A stretch of DNA of 63,979 nt, the filler included, from Bigelowiella natans CCMP2755 (lineage: Eukaryota; Protista; Cercozoa): NCBI GenBank assembly GCA_000320545.1. It is 6 parts of 6 records of this genome, joined end to end, with 100 filler letters (N's around TTAATTAATTAA, not from the genome) between each part and the next. Parts side by side here need not be neighbours in the genome. Positions count along the whole stretch, not along the records: positions 23,660 to 27,086 come from ADNK01000447.1; positions 27,187 to 51,351 come from ADNK01002797.1; 4 more parts are not named here. The stretch is one strand, 5' to 3'. Position 1 is the stretch's first letter. Every line of letters starts with the position of its first letter. The position numbers were made by a program, and so were the translations under genes. Below the pieces are notes generated by a model. That model worked only from the letters and a program-made list of their open reading frames with translations, did not search any database and was not told the origin of the DNA. Positions 24,945-39,344 of this stretch are shown here, piece by piece.

Positions 24945-25950
24945 GAGTAGTTTGAGCAGCTGTCTGATAATAAGACCTTGCAAGTGGCAGAATAGCTCTA
25001 CTGTGTACATTTGTTATTGTTGCCCTCCTCACACGTAGACGAAAGCTATTTAGTGTAAATACAAGACTAATATCGTAGCTCATAATTTTGTTCCTCCTCC
25101 TCCTCCTCCTCCACCACCTCCTCCTCCCTTCGGAAAGGCAACTGTATCGGGGCGAAGAATCACAGGCTCTTTGTCATATTCCTGGCGGTGAGGAAGACTT
25201 TACCTGCAGTTCCCTCTTTCTATATTCTTCTTCTTCTTCTCCTCCTTCTTTCCTGGCAATTGCCTATGGGAAAGCTAATCGTGTGTGCACGCATCATATT
25301 AATCGCTTGATATCCGTAACTAAAGGTCGAGTGGGTTCCTGCTATGGCTTCCCTGAGGATTTGCTTCTCGCTGTTCGACAACCCCACGTACGACAAGACA
25401 GAGGGGAATGTGCGGGAGGGAGAGTGGGAGCCTCAAGCGTGAAATGAGAAGGGTAGCGTGAGGTCTCTGGGTGTACCTCAAAACATAAATACAGCAACCA
25501 TAGCGCCGATGAGTACAACGACAGCTGTGAATAAAGATGAGCACATGATGATGATGATGATGATGATGATGATAATGGTTATAGCCATGCTGATGCAGCA
25601 GTCATCTAGGCACTTTTTCTCCTTCTTCTTCTTCTTCTTCTTCTTCTTCTTCCAGAGGATCATCATTCGATCAACGAATTGCGCCCACCGCCTCCTTTTC
25701 CATCATTCCACACAGCTAGTTATTGCTTATCAGCGTTTTTCTCCTCAGGAGTCACGCGATGTTCTTCGCTCGCTTGCTCTTCAGTATCTTCGTTTTCTGC
25801 TTTGCATTGTTCGACACCATACTTCTGGGCCAGCAGGCGTTCAACGTTCTGGTATCGATTTCCACCTGCATGGATCGTCTTCGTTGCACGCATGCACGAT
25901 ATTCACCTCTCATGTATGTAGTAATATACTTCGTTGAACATTTTCTCTCT

Positions 25951-25995
<45 letters not shown>

Positions 25996-26256
25996 TTTAT
26001 GGGTGTAAACTAACTAGGCTGGACAGACCACCTTCGAATACCTGTTGCGAAATCGCATCATTAGATACTCCAAGCTGCACTCGTAAGAAAGACAAATTAC
26101 ATCTCTCTCTAACTCACTCTCTCTCTCTCTCTTTCTCTTTCTCTCATCCTGATAGGAAGCAGCTTATCTTCACATACACGCACGCATAGACATCAATGTA
26201 CGTTATAGCTAGCATGCACCAGCCCTTGAGATTGATATGTGTGCGTGTGTGTGTAT

Positions 26257-26288
<32 letters not shown>

Positions 26289-26888
26289 ATAAATATATTT
26301 GCAAGGAAATTAACTGGGCAAGCTGCTCCTCAAGGATTCACATTCAAGTTTCTGTGTTGTCGCTCACATGCTTTCGACCAAGGTCCGTCTTATTTCTGAA
26401 CGTGGAGATCAGATCATATTCATCATGATGGGGGTCCATAACCGTTTTCTTGCTCACCCGTCCTCCCCTTCTCCCGCCGTACCCCTTCCTCTCTCTTGCC
26501 GCTTTTCCAGGGGTGGTGCGGAATGTGCTCGCGTTTTTCTGCTCGAAAACCAACAAGCGATGGGTAAGTCCAGAAACGGTGTGTGGGAAAAGAAGAAATA
26601 CATCAACCAAAGTGAATGAATCGCTTTAGTATTAAGATGCCAAATGAGGAAAATTGTGTCGTGGTAGTGCGTTGTTATACTTCAGTGGCTGCATCATCAT
26701 CGTCGTCATCATAACGGTATTTTTCGGGGCAACAAATGCAGATGGAGTATGACCCCGCTCATCGCAACTGGTTCCACCTCGTTTCCCAGCGTGCCGAAAG
26801 AAAAAGAAGGACAGAAAGGAGTTTCGAAAAGCCAGCTCTCATCAGCAGCAGCAGATGCAAAGGCCCAACGCGCACTCGAGTTCAATAA
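23660..26888 (+). CDS. DHHC-type protein S-acyltransferase (palmitoyltransferase), 5' end in gap
   Basis: Spliced motifs NTSDPGFVP, YCHSCCGMKPQR|AKHCRQCNRCVAR|FDHHCPFV|GNCIGAKNHRLFVIFL, TM segments, GQTTFE (TTxE), HAFDQG|VVRNVLAFF. Exact stop uncertain. Confidence 0.9.
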
Positions 26889-27186
26889 ATCCGAGCGAAA
26901 AGCATTCCCAAGGTGCCTTGAGTGTTTCGGTATAAGCAGTACTTTCCTCCTCGTCTTCTTCTTCTTCGTCTTCTGGCCACTACAGGCGCTGCTGTAGCGT
27001 CCGTCTCAGAGTTTGACTTAGAGGCTGGGGAGCACGGGGGATAGAGGACGACTACCTGGACTACATGCGAACATTTCATACCCCGGNNNNNNNNNNNNNN
27101 NNNNNNNNNNNNNNNNNNNNNNNNNNNNNNTTAATTAATTAANNNNNNNNNNNNNNNNNNNNNNNNNNNNNNNNNNNNNNNNNNNN

Positions 27187-27327
27187 AACTACTAATATTA
27201 CCCAATGGTATGGTCGCGGCTTGCAGTAGCAATCACTGTCAAACAATCAAGATTATTTCCAAAGAAATACGGGGGGGGTGGGGGGGAGGTCGATCGCATG
27301 CTTCGAAGGTGGCGAATATGTTTGGAA

Positions 27328-27358
<31 letters not shown>

Positions 27359-27476
27359 TATAAACAACAGATATATCATCATATCACCATCTTTGTGTGT
27401 CGGATGCCAGTCCAAACACCACACCTGAGAAGGAGGAGGGGGAGAAGGGGGGAAGGGGAGAACCACGGGCACGTGC

Positions 27477-27516
<40 letters not shown>

Positions 27517-28501
27517 TGTGTGTGTGTGTGTGTGTGTGTGTAAGTGTTTATTCTCCAAATGTTGTTGTAGTTGATTGTCGTTGCCATCATGATCATCATC
27601 ACCATCACCATCATCATCATCATCATCATCGTCACCACCACCGGCTCAAAATGCGCCTCGATTCGATGTTTCGGGGTCTGGTACATGCGCGCATCCCACA
27701 CCTAACAAACAGACCAAGGAGCAAGAGGCCAATGTTAATCACCAGTCTTTGCCTAAACAGCCATCTAGAATGAAAGAAGAACAGCTTGCGTCGATTCTCC
27801 CATAGGCATATGTGTCGTAGTACTCTGAGAGAGCCATCGTCGTAGGAAACCGCCAAGTTTGTGATCATGTGAGGACACCACCTACAAGATGAAGGAGGAG
27901 GAGGGATCATTGATTAGGACGAATGGGGAGGCGGGAGGAGGGGGGGGGGGGGGGGGGGCTGCAGTGAGAGGCAGCCAGCAGCCTTCTTTTTACCTGGGAT
28001 GCTGAGAGGAGAAGATTTGGCTCCGACGGGTGCCACCGTACGCGATTTACCGATCTATGGGTCGCAAAAGCAGTAGGATGAAGCAGCAGCGGCAAGCAGC
28101 AGCGAGAGTATTTAAGGACGGCAACAACAAACATCAGAAGTTGGACGCATTCTCAATGCGCCGATTATATGAAGCAGATACATAGCACCGTCCTCCCACC
28201 TCCTGTGCTGCTGCAGTAGACATTGCTGGTGCTTATGAAGCTTGCTGGCGAGATTCCAGACGACAACAGTAGAGTTTGTGGCCGCAGAAGCGAGGAGGTC
28301 GCTGTTCGCATGCTATGTACGAGGGAATATGTGGGAGGGGGGAGGGGGGAAAGGGGGGGGTTGCTATAGGCTGTGTTGTCTGTGCTCTTTGATATTTGCG
28401 ATGTCGATAATAAAGCAGGATTCTGCTTTCCTGAAGGGTCTCCCGAGTACCCTTTGTCTCTCTTAGGTACTTCTGTGGGGGCATCCCCCCCCCACCCCTC
28501 C

Positions 28502-28539
<38 letters not shown>

Positions 28540-28984
28540 CATGCGGCAGCATTTCGCCCCCATGAAAATCAGCTCACCAAAGGATGCCAGTGAACATCGT
28601 TGGAGGAGAAAGTAAGGTTTTGCTTCCTGCCTTGATGCAGGCTCTGCACCTCCTTGAAGGAGGAGGAGGAGGAGGAAGAAAGATCCCCAGGATCATTCGA
28701 CAACGACACAATCTTGAATACATCACGGCCGCATACAGCCATCAGCCGTTCATTCGGGGACATTGAAAGCGCCTTGCATGCCGACCCAACCTGAAAAGGC
28801 CATCCAGGTGAGCGGTTGTCGAAGGTTTGGCGGGAGCCTCCCATTGTGATTATGGAGAGCGGGAGAAAATGAATCGAGCTACATGTAAAAACTGTACCCA
28901 AAGACGATTCGCCACGTTTCCTTTGTTCGAGGCCTTCGTATCCATCGCGCCCCCGCTCCTCGCGCCTGTCGGTGGCGGGTCCAT
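27187..28984 (-). CDS. WDR24: WD-repeat protein 24 / Sea2 (GATOR2 subunit), N-terminal part, truncated by gap
   Basis: MAVCGRDVFKIVSL...GRKQNLTFSSNDVHWHP|..LLASAATNSTVVVWNL...QHRR|SVNRVRWHPSEPNLLLSASQ|...DDGSLR|VWDARM...IEAHFEP|VWCLDWHP|VIATASRDHTI matches the WDR24 N-terminal WD40 series as I recall it. Start codon uncertain. Confidence 0.8.
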
Positions 28985-30104
28985 TCTACCCGAATGAGTA
29001 GGCAGATGCCCCCGACCCCGTCAGCACAGCGGCCAGCCGAGCGATGGATTTTCTAGGAGTCCGGTTCTGAATTGTACAACAGAGAAGAGTTGACCGTAAG
29101 AACTTTTTTTTCAGATATATTCAGTTGCCTTTACGCCTTTAGATAGTAATAAACTCGACTTCATTATAGGACGATCGAGCCAATTTCGGTTGTCGCATAA
29201 GCGAAATTACGGGAAATTCCCTGTTCATTTTCATTACTTAAATCTGGGTAATTTTTGCACTCTCTTGCGACATCGCTGGGGGCTTGTCTCAGTTCTCATC
29301 AGTTCGAGATTCATCGAGCTCTTATTTACAGCGATCACCACAAAGCTAAATGTTCCCTGTCGGACTCCTGACAAGAAAAAGTACCGGCTCTGAAGCAAAC
29401 ATGAATGACGTTTTTACACTGAGACAATTAGAAAAGAGCTGTTTCGAACTGAATCCACCATTGTACAAGAGAACAGCTCACTGTGCCATTTCAAAGAGAA
29501 AACGTTTTCCAGAGGTCGCTTCTCTTGTGGAAACGTGGCCCATTTTGTGGGAACTAGCTGCTTCTGCATTTTTTTGGACCGGGCAGCCTTCGGGATCAGA
29601 GCGTGTGCGACATGACTGAACAGTATATTCTGGCAAGAATACATGCGGTTTTTATCGATCAAACAATTAGACCGTTGAGTGCGGGTTAGCACTGGGGGGG
29701 GACTGCCCGATTTCTCTTAGTTTTACAAATATTTCCAGTGTGTGAACACCGCTGCAATTGTACAGATACAGCATTTGTTCGATGTCGTAAGTACAAAGAA
29801 GCAACAAATTTCAATCTGTAGATTACTGGAGAAAAATACCGCACCCAGGACACCCTGGAGAAAGGCTCAGCTCGAACCTTTCTTTCCGAACCCTGTATGA
29901 TTTTGGAAGAATATTGCTTATATTAGTTGTCGTATCGTACAAAAATGATTGTATTTTACCTCAGGTTGACAGCCAAGCGGATACTGACGACACTGTTTGC
30001 TTCTGGCTTGACTCTTAAAATTCGTCCGACACAGGGAGGCGACGTGTGCAAACCCTCCCCAGAATAGACAGAGACTAAAGACAACAGACGCAACCAACAA
30101 GAAC

Positions 30105-31302
30105 ATGGGATCTGCTATTTCAGCCGGTATGACCCCATCCCGCTTGGAAGAGAGAGGAGAGTGGGCAGGAGGTTGAGAGCGGGACAGTTTCTTGGTGGTT
30201 GATGACAAAGGCCCTGGATGTCCGTATTAGTAGAGAAGATGAGAGTGAGTGATGGAACGAACAAGTAAATGTCAACGCAGTAACATCTTTCTTTTTGACT
30301 AATTTCCTTGTTTTCCTTTCTCACTTCCTCCTTGTGCTTTGCGTTGTCGTCTCTCTACCTCTCTCCCCCCTTCTTTCCTTCTCTCTCGGCAGAGGGATAC
30401 ATTCATCGAACAGGCGTTTACTGCGTAAATGTCAACATGTAAGCTCCACTGATTCGACATAGAAACCATCCCCACCCTCACTAACATCCTAGTAGGAACG
30501 TAGTTGTGTTGCGGAGCCGACACAAAACCGTTTCTTCGGCGTGTTGTACTCTCCACATGTTGGGAATGCATCAGCATGCTAGCGAGTGTCGTTAAATAAT
30601 TTGTTCTCTATCGACACCCCCCCCTCTTTCTCCTTCCCTAGCTCCATTAAGGCGGACAGGAGAGATGACTTCCTCGAAGTGATCAGAAACAACCAGAAGG
30701 GCACCATGGATAAAGAGCCTCTGGCCCTGGAATACACCTGGGGAGAGTCGGCTGAGAAGCGCAACACGTTCTTCTTCCACGAAAAGTAATGCTTTGCTTA
30801 TTTGTAGCTGACTGTCCCTGCAGGAGAGATGTATCATCGTCATGTTGTCCTCATCTTCTTCTCGAGGGATTCGGGTGCCCCATTCATGAGAATTCCCAGC
30901 CCAGCTCCCCCCCCCCACCTTTCCCCACCATAACCAACCACCGTGGTGTTACCGACGCGATCGTGCATGTATACAGGTACAAGGGAAGATCCGGATTCGT
31001 CGCACACCAGAGGACTAAACACTTCAAGAAATGGAAAGAGTTCGTGGCTAGTGACCCCTTTACAAAACCACCTCAGGTAGTAAGTTGTCGTAGGTATATG
31101 GTAGTGACATCAAAAACGCTGTTTTGCGTGCATCGTGCTAATATGCTGGACGAATATTTTCCTCTTTCTTAATCTTCTCTCTATCAATATCTGTTTGTGT
31201 GTTTGTGTGTGTGCTCGCGCGCGCTATCTTCTTAGTCCTTCTGTATTAATTTCGTCTCCTTTTCCTCTCGACTAGGTCTTCATTTTCGAGTCTGCTCAGT
31301 AA
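30105..31302 (+). CDS. Antibiotic biosynthesis monooxygenase (ABM)/LsrG-YgiN-like small protein with myristoylation-type N-terminus
   Basis: Five exons join in frame: MGSAISA|EGYIHRTGVYCVNVNI|SIKADRRDDFLEVIRNNQKGTMDKEPLALEYTWGESAEKRNTFFFHEK|YKGRSGFVAHQRTKHFKKWKEFVASDPFTKPPQ|VFIFESAQ*. Shows the ABM pattern EP..L.Y......N.F.F.E.Y......AH..T.HF..W. Confidence 0.85.
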
Positions 31303-31649
31303 ACGAAGATGATGCAAGGAAGAGGGAGGAAGATGAGAACATTGGTGACGGCGATAGCGAAGGAAATGACCTGATCTCTCACGCTTCTTCACGCCATACT
31401 ACGGTGTCTTCGTCTCTGAACGGAAAGGAAGCAGCAGCATCTCTTCTAGCCTTCCCTCTCTCCTCCAACCCTAGTTGTACCTTCTCTCTCTAATCTTCTG
31501 TATGTCATTCACTACTATTTTTTATTTCTATTTTCTCTCTTCCCGCTATCAATTGAAGATTTAGTTCTCTGCATACGCTCCAGATCTGATTTCTGAGGCC
31601 ATACAATTTAATGTACATCAACGTTCGGTGGATAATAAACGAAGTAAAC

Positions 31650-32890
31650 GATACAGCAGATGAGTCACTACATGCGCAACTTGCCCACGAGCTTGATTGG
31701 TTGTGACGCACGCAGCGTAAGTTGTTATACAAGCACGTTCTTCGCTTCAAAGCATCTATACTACACACATAGCACGCGATGCAATGAAGCATGCTAGCTA
31801 GCATGATATATGCCGGTGTATATAGGTGAGTACAGCATGTGCGTGTAAGCTGATCATTATCGAATGCCGCTGCTGCTAATTTCAAGCGTTGGACTGCGTG
31901 TCCTGGTTGCAGTTATGAACCTAGGAACGCACGTTGTTGTGATCGTCACGTACGTACATGCTTGGCATGTGGGGTCGTCCTAATCGCTTTTTGGTGTCAT
32001 GTAGTAGTACGATGATGCGATGAGCTATATTCTAGCGTTGCGCATGCATACGCAACTAGGCAAGTTCGAATACATACAACAGGGTGAACAATTGAAGCAA
32101 GCACACACATGACTAGATGATTTTAGTAATGACGCCATGACGCGCAACTGCAGCTTTTTGCAAATGCATGCTAGCATGTGCCACTCAGTCAGTTATTCAT
32201 TAATTCCAAAAAGCAACACCCATGCATGCAATGAAATGCAAACAAAATGTTTTCATGTTTTTACAAAGTTTCAACGCCTAGCTAACTAGTTGTAGACACC
32301 TTCTTTGCTCTGAGATGGGCGAAGTGTCATTGCATGATGCGAGCACACATGAATCAGATCGTGTCAATCCTTGCATGACTAACAGCACTTGGCCGTTGGA
32401 TCTGCTGTGTTGAGTCCTGCCAGCGATTTCTCTCTCTTTCTCCCTCTCTCTTTCTCTCTCTCTCTCTCTCTCTTCACCTGTACGCGTGTGATCGAACATG
32501 CGCACATTTCTTGAAATCAACACACAGGACAGAAAGTCGCACGCATCGCACCATCATCACTCTACTGCACCATGCATGCACCGGTGGCAACAGCATTCCA
32601 CACAGCAAAGCCATGATAACACTACTTCTGTCGCAAGTCCAGACAAACACATGGAAACAGCAAGCAACCATGTACATCATGCATCATTCTATATCATACA
32701 TCTTTCAGAGTGCCTATAGAATCATCTGCGTTGGTTTTTCTGTGTGCTGCCCATGCAGCCATGATGCGATCGAACACGAGGCCGGCAAAAGGGAAATGAT
32801 CTTCTGACCTATGAACACAAATGACGAGGCAAATATGTACGTACAGCGAGCGACGAAACACCAGGACGTTGATGTTTGCATGTGATCTTT
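31650..32890. repeat. Intergenic island rich in TG/CA, CATG and CTAG (degenerate repeat DNA)
   Basis: Same composition as the other islands (GCTAGCTAGC, GCATGC runs, partial TA depletion); lies between convergent 3' ends. Confidence 0.45.
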
Positions 32891-33005
32891 ACACGCAAAC
32901 ACACACACACACACACACACAAATATGTTGTATATATATATATATATATATATATGTAAATAATATACACACATATAAACAAATATACTCTTAAATGTAA
33001 ACTGC

Positions 33006-34112
33006 TTAATCGTGGATGTGAAAAGAAGAAGTTATTATTTCAAGGTATGCGCCTTTGTTGATTACGCACCACAACGGATTCATATGCTGAGGATTCATTC
33101 CTTTTCCAGAGACGAGTAGAGCAAGGAGAATAAGATGAAGGGGGGGGAAGGGGTAATAGGGTGAGAGGCAAATTCGTAAAAAGTGAAAATTGTCATTTTT
33201 AGACTTTTTAAGTTTGCATTTGCACACTCTCTATATACCCCCCCCCCCCCCCCCCCCCCCCCCTCCTTCCACACACATAGTTACCGTCCATAAAATGCTT
33301 TCTAAAGGTTCGAATGAGTTCTTTCAGACCTTCCTCCTCAGTCGCCTGTTCGTCCAGGAAATACGTTCAACAACATGTCGATTTGGCATCTTCTATTCCG
33401 ACACACCACCAAACAAACACGGTCATACCTGCGAGCGATTACGCGCTGCATCAACTATCCTTTCAAAGAAGCCTTTCTGCTCCCCCCCCCCTTGGGATGG
33501 CCCGTCGTCTCCACCATCGGCAGCGGTCACGTCATCGTCATCGATGCTCTCGCTGGTAGTGCTTGCAGGGCGTGAAAAATCGCCTGAAAGGACTCTTTCC
33601 AGATCCTGCTCGCACGCACACAGCGACAAACTACATTACTACTGTGTGCGAAGCAGAAATGACACAACAGGACACGAATGTGCACAGTAGTTCCATCGTT
33701 CTCCTACATACTTGCGCATAACCATCATCAACGCTCACTAACGTCATCTTCACCATCATCGACGATTGCGTTGTATGCAGCCCATCACCTCCTCAGAAAT
33801 AGACGGTGTTGATGACGTTCGCGGTGATGCGTCCGTCGCTACTGCTGCGTCATCACCAGCAGACCGTTTGATGTCAGTCATTTCCATCGCAGCTGACTCC
33901 GATGGAGAGCAGCTGTCACGCCTCTGTTCATTCAAGAGCAATGTAGTGCTGCTCTCATTGCTGCTGCTGCTGATCCTCTCGCTGCTGATTTGGGTTATGG
34001 GCTCGAATTGTTTCCCAATGAAGAGTTGATGTGCCTGGAGACGATGCCTGTCAGCTCCGCGTAGCGTTCTGGCGCATGCTGCATCAGCTAATGGGTATGT
34101 ACGTGCGTGTTT

Positions 34113-34148
<36 letters not shown>

Positions 34149-34355
34149 GTTATAGAGAGAAAGAGAGAAAGAGAGAAAGAGAGCAAGAGATAGAGAGAAT
34201 AGAGAGAGGGGGGGGAGGGGGGGAGGGGAGAGGGAATAACAAATCATGTGTCTTTCGCATCGCGTCTCTTGCCTTTTTGCCCTTCCTCTTCAGCACCTTA
34301 GCCGCCTCTTTAGCAGACAGTTCCCCTGAAACGTTCTTTAGAAGGCGCATGCACG

Positions 34356-34395
<40 letters not shown>

Positions 34396-34427
34396 TTTAC
34401 ACATATGGCGCACAACATTATGTATGT

Positions 34428-34461
<34 letters not shown>

Positions 34462-34706
34462 TATGTGTGAGCATGAATTCATACGTGCTTACGTACGAGC
34501 GAGGTTATGCGTATTTAATTGTGTGCAGAGCTGTCAAATTAGCTATTAACACGACGCTTGAACAGTTACGTGCCTTCTGCTGCATTCTTCTTGGGACATC
34601 ATACTTTTCCCCCAACTCCTTCTCGAAATACTGAAGTCTTACTTCCGCCACAGAACAGCATCTACGACAGACTATCACCTGTGTGTGTATAAATAAATAA
34701 ATAAAT

Positions 34707-34746
<40 letters not shown>

Positions 34747-35075
34747 CATATATGCATATGCATATAGTAGTTGTGTGTATATAGTATAAATAGATGCATG
34801 TATATGATTTAGCACATGTGTTATAACCCGATCATGGTCAGCAAGCTTGCCCCAAATTTCCTACAATACCACAGATGAGGATGAGCATATCATTAAGGCC
34901 ATTCCTTACACATGCATGTGTGCGCGCGTACGTGTCGTGTGCGTGTATGTGTATGTGTATGTGTAAGTGTGTGTGTGTATGTGTGTGTGTGTGTGTGTGT
35001 GAGTGTGGTTTCACCAAATACCTTTGAAAACTCATCTTTGAAGTGCTGCATCCGCCAGTAAGAAAGAGATACACA

Positions 35076-35107
<32 letters not shown>

Positions 35108-35318
35108 TATATATAAAGTAAATATATGGTTGGTGTTTCTACATAAATGATACACATATCAACTAATTAGGGGAGGGGGGTGGGGGAGACAGAGAGATAT
35201 TTGCGTTCGTGAAGGTATTAATTCTTCCATATGAGCAATAGAGATCTTCTCACCCTTCTGTAAGAATATGGAACGATAAAATGCCATCGGAGCCTCTATT
35301 GCCACGTTATATATGTAT

Positions 35319-35389
<71 letters not shown>

Positions 35390-35390
35390 A

Positions 35391-35430
<40 letters not shown>

Positions 35431-35490
35431 GATGTTATATTGATATGTTATATTGATATGTTATTATGTATAATTATGTATATGGGTGTA

Positions 35491-35535
<45 letters not shown>

Positions 35536-35946
35536 GTTTATTAATATGCTATATGCACCGCACTGTAATTGATTAGCCTTTTTTTGTGAGACATTCGTCA
35601 AACATTCGCGCATGTGCAGGGGGGTGGGAGAAGGAGGGAGGGAGAGAGAGAGAGAGAGAGAGAATCTTCACTAAATATCAAATGAATATATATATATATA
35701 TATATATATATTCACAACATGCACATTTTATTTGTGCTGCGTGTGTGTGTGCCTACGTGGTTCCATCCACAAACAACACAGCGGGTTGACCGAAAGCTTA
35801 CCTTTCGATAACAACACACCACGTGTGTTATATCATCATTCCAAGCAACCATATACACATACACACGCACACACACTTATCACACACACACACACACACA
35901 CATCAACGGGAACATTTTCGAATGGGCATGTACATGTGTGTGTTAG

Positions 35947-36002
<56 letters not shown>

Positions 36003-36293
36003 TGCGTGCGCTCGTTTGTGTGTGAGCAATCCCATGTATTTGCTTGTGCAATGTACACGCGAGTCTTTGTTTTCTCTTTTGGTGGTTTGAGGTAGTTGTT
36101 TCTGGTACATACGTAAAACGCATCGGGACCGATAACTTCCTCCTTCCTGTATATTTTAAAATATAATATATATTAATATATATATATATATATATATATT
36201 GATATATGTACATCTTTATATATCCAAATGAGAAAAGGTGCAATGTACGGTTTCAAAATTAAATTAATATTCCACTTGTGTGTATATATAAAC

Positions 36294-36327
<34 letters not shown>

Positions 36328-37141
36328 AGTAGATTAGTATTATTAGGCATTATTTCACTACGAGCCTTATTTTGAACGTCAGCTGAACCTCCCGCGCACA
36401 GTATGGAAATGCATACTTTGATCCTCCCTAGTAAAGTGTGTTTGTGTGTTTGTGTGTGGTGGCACTATAGCAAGAAGAAGAAGAAGAAGAAGAAGAAGAA
36501 GAAGAGAGAAAGAGGAGGGAGGAATGGACACTATATTAGCCAAAACATCAATGAACATCGCCCATCAATAGCCTGGTCAGTCACTGAAAGCTTTACCTTG
36601 TTTTCTTGTCCTTCTGTCAGCACCGCAACACCCTCGCGAATATAGGTGTTGGCTCGCATTCTGATCGTATGTGCGCGCACACGTGTGTGTGTGCGTGTGC
36701 GTGTGTGTGCGTGTGTGTATCGTGAACATCCAAGCATTCCATCTACACTGAAGACGTTCAACAAGCATGAAAATGCGCGAAATCGTGCGAACACGGGCTC
36801 ATACAAGCATACATGGACACGTGTATCAATCATCAGAGGCGCAACACTGATACAGTCACCTCGCCCCCCCCCTCCCCCCTTCTCCTGTTGCGATGTTAAA
36901 GCATCTGTGCTTTATCTCCAATAGCGCTCTTGTAGTTTGTGTAGCGGGTGTAAGTGTCACATCTTCTCGTACATCGCTATTCGTATTCTCTGCTCATTCA
37001 CGGGTTGTTGGGTTATTTTAATGGTTGATTACCCTGAGCAGTACATCAACGTATCGCCACTTACATCCAAAACCTGTTTAGAATTTATATTTAATGTACT
37101 CACACACGTACGAAGACACAAGCAAATGTATACACGCATAA

Positions 37142-37176
<35 letters not shown>

Positions 37177-37714
37177 ATAAACATATGCAAAATACATAGA
37201 ATAACATTTATATGTTTGCATGTGAGCGCGCGCGCGCGCGTGTGTGTGGTTTTGTGTATGTGTATGCATGCGTATGCGTGTACGTATGCGTGTGCGTATT
37301 TGTCCTCACCTTACAATTTGAGTAGAAGACCTTCTTCTTTTTCCGGTTGATACGGATTTTCTCGTATGTTTTCCTGTAGAAAATTGAGGAGAACTAAATC
37401 GTAAAATTGAACGACAAGTAAAATCACACCATATGGGGGAGGAGGAGGAGGAGGGGGGGAAAGGCGAGCAGAGGTGCAGTAGTGTGCAGGAGTTCCTCAT
37501 TGCGGTTGATGGAGTTTTGGGTGGATGTCGTAGATGTTGCGTCGAGAGGAGGGGGGGAGAGGGTACTACTGTGACTGGAGAATCTTGAGACGAGTCTCCA
37601 CCTCTTGCTTTCGATCATCTATGTTAAACATCAAATATTCGTGACTTTCTCATACACGCACGCATACGCACGCATACGCGCGCGCGCACATGGACATATC
37701 TACACGCACACGAT

Positions 37715-37755
<41 letters not shown>

Positions 37756-37915
37756 GTGCGTGTGTGTGTGCCAAAACTAGCCTACACAGTACTTCCATAT
37801 TAACCGTACTCTTCAGTTTTTGATCGATGTCCTTGCAGCACAAAGCGTTCAAACTGCGGTCAACTGGCCTCTCGATGAATGGTATGATATCTTTCTCTGC
37901 GCACTGTATTACATA

Positions 37916-37967
<52 letters not shown>

Positions 37968-38332
37968 TTGTGTGTGTTTGTGTCCCCGTTGAAACGCATG
38001 CGTACACAAAACGAAGCCAAGGCACTTTGCACGTGCTGGCTTTTTACAGAGACACAACCACAGCAATCGCTCTCAAAAATCAACAAGAGCTCCTAAGATC
38101 GATGCCTTTTTTAGTCAGCACAGATATTGCTCATTTAGCTAGTTCTGGCGAGAAAATATACGTTCGTCACGCCAAGCTTCATCTTTGTTAGAAGAGCCTC
38201 ATAAATCCTCGCTCCTATAGGAGAAGCATTATAGTGACTACTTGCCTCATTTGGGCGCATACCCGACCTCAGCGAGGCAGATAGAAAACATATAATCGTT
38301 ATTGTTTATGATACTATTTTCCATAAATGAAG

Positions 38333-38367
<35 letters not shown>

Positions 38368-38520
38368 CTGCAATATGTGTGTGTCCTTTTGCAGTACCAT
38401 AATATGCATCCGCGGCGGCGTACAAGATTTGCCTTCGTGAGTAGACCTGTATATTAATGGAGGGGTGAAAGTGCATGGTATGCTCTGCCAGTCCTAGTGC
38501 GAGTGCGTCATCACGTACAT

Positions 38521-38561
<41 letters not shown>

Positions 38562-38734
38562 TATGTGTGTGAGTGTGTGTGTGTGCTTTGTGTGTACGGT
38601 TCTTGTGTGTTTTAACCTTACAGTCCCAGTCGGAGCATTGCACTTTTTTCGATTTTGGAATCGTCAAACCCTTGCCGGTGTGTGACACACACAAACATAC
38701 AAATACACACACACATACACACAAACACACACAG

Positions 38735-38780
<46 letters not shown>

Positions 38781-39149
38781 GCACGGTGAACGAGCATGCT
38801 GATGGGATCGCAAAAGTGGCCAGTATGCAGCAGCAGCAGCAGCTACACAAAAAGTGAAGAAAAAGAAGAAAAATGAATAAAATTGAAAAAGCAAGTAGCA
38901 TATCTTTATACCGTGGCCGCCTTCGCCAGCTTTTTCAACGAATAGCCCTGAGTAATCACGCCGCATACTATTGAGCTCGTACGTGCATATTGCCTCTGTG
39001 AGAAAGTGAAAAGGAGACCACACCTCCGTCTCAAGCTCACACGATCTTGCGATGTTAGCCAGCTCTATCCATCCTCTGCATCGAATCTGTGCAAGGAGCT
39101 CAGCGATTTCAAGGAGTGTAAATGGACTTTGTCGGCAATGTTCATAGCA

Positions 39150-39183
<34 letters not shown>

Positions 39184-39305
39184 ATGTATATACGCGTACA
39201 TTATAGTCTTTCGCGAGCCGTTTGACATCATGTTCAATGCCGACTCCCAGCTTCCATACCTCTGTATGTGGTGAGCAGTAGCAAGAACGGTAGATAAACG
39301 ACAAA

Positions 39306-39344
<39 letters not shown>

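Noticed and set aside
27885-27995. Apparent missing WD40 segment in WDR24 between ...SASQ and WCPH...
   Set aside because: A long G homopolymer sits in this interval, so assembly collapse is at least as likely as real exon loss.
29350-29692. ORFs between WDR24 and the ABM gene
   Set aside because: Short, no recognisable motif or convincing splice structure. Probably divergent promoter region, though a small gene is not excluded.
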